A stretch of DNA of 53,103 bases, filler included, from Bipalium vagum (Eukaryota): NCBI GenBank assembly GCA_037834085.1. It is 3 parts of 3 records of this genome, joined end to end, with 100 filler letters (N's around TTAATTAATTAA, not from the genome) between each part and the next. Parts side by side here need not be neighbours in the genome. Positions count along the whole stretch, not along the records: positions 32,882 to 53,103 come from JBBMKC010257583.1; 2 more parts are not named here. One strand, written 5' to 3'. The notes under the pieces are model-generated. The model saw only the letters and a list, made by a program, of their open reading frames with translations, did no database searches and was not told the DNA's origin. The position numbers were made by a program, and so were the translations under genes. Of this stretch, positions 48,697-53,103 are shown in pieces; positions within the stretch are counted from its first letter, which is position 1; each line of letters opens with the position of its first letter.

Positions 48697-50204
48697 CTAT
48701 AATTAGTTTTATTAGATACTGCTGTTTTATTTTTTATTTAATTGACGAAAAGTTTTACCTAGTTAGAGAAACTTAAATAACTAGCATTAAAGTTTGTTAA
48801 TACCAATTAAATTAAAAAATATTTTCCTAAAGAAAATGGAGTAAATGTTTTCTGGAAGTTGCCAGATTTAAATAGCACTTAAGCTTTTTTTATTAATATT
48901 TTGCGAGAGGATGAGGTCTAATTTTTTACGTATGTTCGATTTATTAAAAATCTATTAATCTTGTTTATTCATCTTCTTATAAAAAAAACATTGAAATTTA
49001 TAATTACTTCTATCAATAATTTTATATAATTTATTGTAAAACTTATTTGGTGAGTTTTAGTACCTTCGAAAGTTATATTTAATTTTCATATGTATTACTT
49101 ACTACATTGGTACATGGTTAAATAAATTAGAAATTAAAATTATTAAAAAGTTTAACTCAACAATTATTGCCTGTTTGCAAATACTTTACAATATAAATCA
49201 AAAAGGTATGTGAAATTCACTAAAAATAAATCTTTATTTGGTCTGAAAGATTTTATTTTTATATGGACCGTAATTATTTTTTCTAATTTAAGTTTCTAAA
49301 GTGAAAGTTTTCGCAGGTACCATGTACATATATTTCATTCACATGCACATATAAGATAAATTCAAAGCAGGAAAATTAAAATTTTAGATAACAAATCAAA
49401 AAACTGAATTATATTCATTCATTTCTATTTCTGGCATAAATAATGCAGTGGTTTTAAGAGATAGAACCAAACAAAATTTTTGTTGCTGATCTTTACAAGA
49501 AAGACAAAATTAAGACATTACTCATTAGTGAATATAGTCAATTAGGTGCATATAAACATAAAATAGTTCCACACTTTTGAAAGTACGTTTAAACTTTCAA
49601 ACCTTATTCTCGACTATTATTTACAATTAAAAAATAATTTGAGAAATGGGCATTCAAATAGATGGCTATATGATTGGGATTTAAAAATTTGGTTTTTAAA
49701 ATGAGTTTCCAATGTTCAACGAAATAAAATTTTTCATTCATTTCAATTTCATGATATTTTAATAAAATCCAAATTTATATTTACATTTACATTCTAATTT
49801 AAAATAATTTTTAATTCTTTAGTTAAATATTATTAATTTTATTTTTGTTTGTTGATATCATTTTCAATGACGTCCATTAATAAATAAATTATTTTATTCA
49901 TTTTATTAAAATTTTAAGTTAACTGTATTTGACTAAATACTACATAGTTTGTTTTAATAAATAAAATTAATTGTTTATGTAAACCAATAAAAATTATTTA
50001 ACTAAATAAATCAAATATTTTAATAAATTGAATTTAAAAATTAAATAATAAATCAAAAATATTTAATATTTACTCAAGAACATTTTGTTATAATGATATA
50101 CTCATTTTCAATAAAAACGATCATTAAAGAAATGATAAATGAAAAAATAAAATTATCAAACATATTTAATCAAACTGATGTTAGTAAAATTTATAGATAT
50201 AAAT

Positions 50205-50880
50205 AGGGAGTCATGTCACCGCGAATTACGATATAATCTTGAATTCTTCTTGGCATAATATTAATTAGAAAAGTTAATTCTCTTTGAGGTATGTCGATCC
50301 AATTTTGTTGAAGCTGATTTTTTAATTCATCTAACGTTTTAGGAGTACCAAGAGTAAATTATATAGACTAAAAACTAATGATATCCTACACACTTTCAAT
50401 AAGAGATAAATTTTGTGAATATCCTGACCAAATTACTGTTCCCACTTATGATTCTTGCAAAACCTTTGCCGTTATATTGGTGGTATGTGATCTGTCATTG
50501 TCTTGTTGAAGGGTTTTCATTAATAGAAATAATATAATTCTCAGAATTTTAATATACCAGATGTATTAAAGAGCATTCAAATTATCTCTGATAAATATAA
50601 GAAGTGACCTGAATCAAAAGAATAGGGTTGCCATAATTCTAGGTGTAACTCCCTTGTGACTTGATAAAATCAAGCCAATGTTTTGCCGTTCGCCACGATA
50701 ACATCTCAACATCAAGTGTCCATCACTTTGTCCTAAACCGAATCTTGAGTTTATTGAGGATAATGTGATTCTATGAGTTAATCCAATGTTGTCTTACTTG
50801 ACACCACCTAAATTTTTCTGCTTTACGATATGATGTCAATGGCCTACATCGCTTTGGATGGTATGAATCTTCAATATGTA
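50205..50880 (-). mobile_element. Decayed Tc1-like transposase
   Basis: Minus strand has QQDNDRSHT and WSGYSQNLSLIES (WP..SPDLNPIE-like). Confidence 0.7.
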
Positions 50881-50899
50881 GAACTGAGGTTCATTTTCT

Positions 50900-50971
50900 G
50901 TGGCCAGAGCTCAGCGGTCAGAGCATTCCATGCGCATGTGAAGGTCCCGGGTTCGAATCCCGGTATCTCCG
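50900..50971 (+). pseudogene. tRNA-Ala(CGC)-derived pseudogene or SINE head
   Basis: Intact D arm GCTC-AGCGGTCA-GAGC and T arm CCGGG-TTCGAAT-CCCGG. Ala-like 3' end TATCTCC and CGC at 50933-50935. Acceptor and anticodon stems are mispaired. Confidence 0.75.
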
Positions 50972-51387
50972 ATTAATTTTCAACTAACAATGTTATAATA
51001 CATTTATCTTTATCAAAATGAGTTTATGTTTTATACCTAAATTTGGATAAAAAGTGATATATAAAAATAATTTTTTAACATTATATATGAATTTCTTCAA
51101 TATTTAGATTTAAAGAGTAAACATTAAACGGATTATTTAATAATTTCCAATCGATTGATTTTGGGATTATGGGAATATGTTAGAAGAATGACAAATGTCA
51201 GTGTAAAATCCGATATGATCTAATTAATATTTTTAATTATCATTGCAAAACTTCTATTTGATATAAATCTGGTAAATTATATAAATAACTTTTCAGAGTT
51301 TGCTACTAATTAAGTTGGTTGAATTATATTTTACTAATATAATGTATGTTGGGTTTGCCAAAGGCACAAACCGTAAAGATCGTTATT

Positions 51388-51546
51388 NNNNNNNNNNNNN
51401 NNNNNNNNNNNNNNNNNNNNNNNNNNNNNNNNNNNNNNNNNNNNNNNNNNNNNNNNNNNNNNNNNNNNNNNNNNNNNNNNNNNNNNNNNNNNNNNNNNNN
51501 NNNNNNNNNNNNNNNNNNNNNNNNNNNNNNNNNNNNNNNNNNNNNN
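51388..51546. other. Assembly gap
   Basis: Run of N. Confidence 0.95.
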
Positions 51547-51611
51547 TTATAAATTTTAAAATATAAAATAAGAAAATTAAATTCATTATATATCGAGATT
51601 TTGATATATTT

Positions 51612-52484
51612 TGTTAATAAAATATTAGTTAAAGGAATATGTTCCTTCTTCGAGACAATAAATTATTTTTTTTATTAATATTTGACTAATTTTATCTCGG
51701 CTTGGAGATAAAGTTAGAATAAATGGGCTATTAAAGAAAAAAAGCCGCCCAGAAAAACAAAAGGTGGAAACTATTATTATTCATTAGTTTTTGAAAAGCA
51801 GTTGGAAATTCGATCAAAGGAAGATTATTTTGTTGGAAAACAATTTTTAAGAAGATTAATCGTTAGCCGATTAAAGGAAAATTATTTTCGTCGGAAACAA
51901 TTGGAAGCAGAAGATTTCCTTATATTTCGGTAATTTCGTTTATGTCCAGGTATGATGACAACGCAAAAGAAAATAACAATGGGATCCAGCGAGTTTGAGA
52001 ATCCATTGGTGACCTAAGAGGATCTAGAGAATGACTCGGGGACCCATTGTCGATTCTGGTGAGGATATTCTTGATTTCTTTTTAATGTTTCTTTGGGATT
52101 CTTAATTTCTAATATTCTCTTGAAATTAATTATATTTACACATTGTTTTTAATCATAAACTTTTTAAACGTTCATTTGTGTTGATTTTTGATTAAGGAAA
52201 GTTGATGATTTTTCGGACGTGGGATCAGTTTTTACTTTTTGATTTTTTGTGATACATGTTAAGTTTTGCATTTGAATAAAGTTTTGCTGTGATTGTTTTG
52301 ATTCAATTTCGAATGCGAACAACGTTTTATTCTGAGGGTTTTGATTCAATCGAGTTTAAATATCTGTAGCTGTAATAGTAAAAAGAACACAACATTTATT
52401 AGTGAGGATTTAGTGAATTCGAGCTAAAGTTACATATTTCAGTTAAGGAAAACAGTAAGATATATAATGATAATTGATATAACA
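51612..52484 (+). mobile_element. Solo-LTR-like repeat, copy 2 (diverged relative of 790-1645)
   Basis: TGTTA...TAACA ends, length similar to copy 1 (~870 vs ~855 bp) and collinear conserved blocks. No clear TSD. Confidence 0.55.
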
Positions 52485-53103
52485 TTATGTTCCGCTGTAC
52501 TACTTTATTACTCTTAAATATAAAACATTTGAATTATTGAATTTTTTACTTGAATTCTATCTTATTTTTCAGTAGATACGTGTTAGTACTAACATATTGC
52601 TGTAAAACCGGAGTGCTTTTCTGAGCAGCCTGATATGAAAGCAGAATTTATGTAGTAAATTTTAACTTTTAAAACTATTCTATAATATGTATCCCATATG
52701 AAATAAAATAATTGAACATAAACAATACCATATCAACATTTTTAAATGACAAGATTAATTTATTACAATCATAAAAATCGAAAATTATAATATTCCAATC
52801 TTCATTCCAAAAGCTTTTGTAACAAAATATTATTAAATTATTAATTTTCTGTATATTTTTAAAGTTCAACTGTTAAATTTTAGAACTGTTAATTTAATTA
52901 ATATTGGGTTGTGAAATAAGTTCTGCATTATTTTTAAATAAAGTTTATACAAAATTTTCTCAAATAATTATTAATACAAAGTTGTTCAAATAATATTATT
53001 ATATAGTTGGAGGTATTTGAAATTTTTTGCAAAAAAATTATTGATTAATCATAATTTTTTAAGATGGAGGAAGCCATTAAAACTGCTGATATGAAGCAGC
53101 ATT

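Noticed and set aside
51300-51586. ORFs spanning the N gap
   Set aside because: They are open only because of N bases.
52605-53103. Repeated CTGATATGAA(A)GCAG at ~52630 and ~53086
   Set aside because: Short match with no ribozyme core; the second copy may simply be coding sequence cut by the window edge.

Overview
AT-rich eukaryotic (metazoan-like) genomic DNA with short GT-AG introns (mostly about 40-55 bp) and a heavy load of decayed mobile DNA. Three host genes can be spliced by hand into open frames. (1) CCT8/TCP-1 theta (+, 7 exons, 546 aa) has altered nucleotide-binding motifs. (2) An otoferlin-like ferlin (-, 13 exons) of which only the C-terminal ~760 aa (C2E-C2F-TM) is visible. (3) WDR1/AIP1 (+, 13 exons, 615 aa). 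A few orphan ORFs or exons are also present. Positions ~7.8-16.0 kb hold a degraded Maverick/Polinton (adintovirus-like) endogenous virus: PLA2-like, integrase, LamG-like, PTAP-bearing membrane protein, penton, packaging ATPase, major capsid, then an inverted PolB fragment. A second, different-type PolB relic lies in a ferlin intron. There are more than a dozen Tc1/mariner/pogo relics, a MITE, a Gypsy relic, a tRNA-Ala pseudogene and two diverged LTR-like repeats at opposite ends of the window. The least explained signals are (a) recurrent GC-rich tandem triloop double hairpins inside the viral element, one of them inserted in-frame in integrase, and (b) a stem-loop with compensatory base changes conserved between the two LTR-like repeats. 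Two N-gaps contain an artificial TTAATTAATTAA spacer, so adjacency across them is unreliable. All family calls come from motif recognition by eye; no searches were run.
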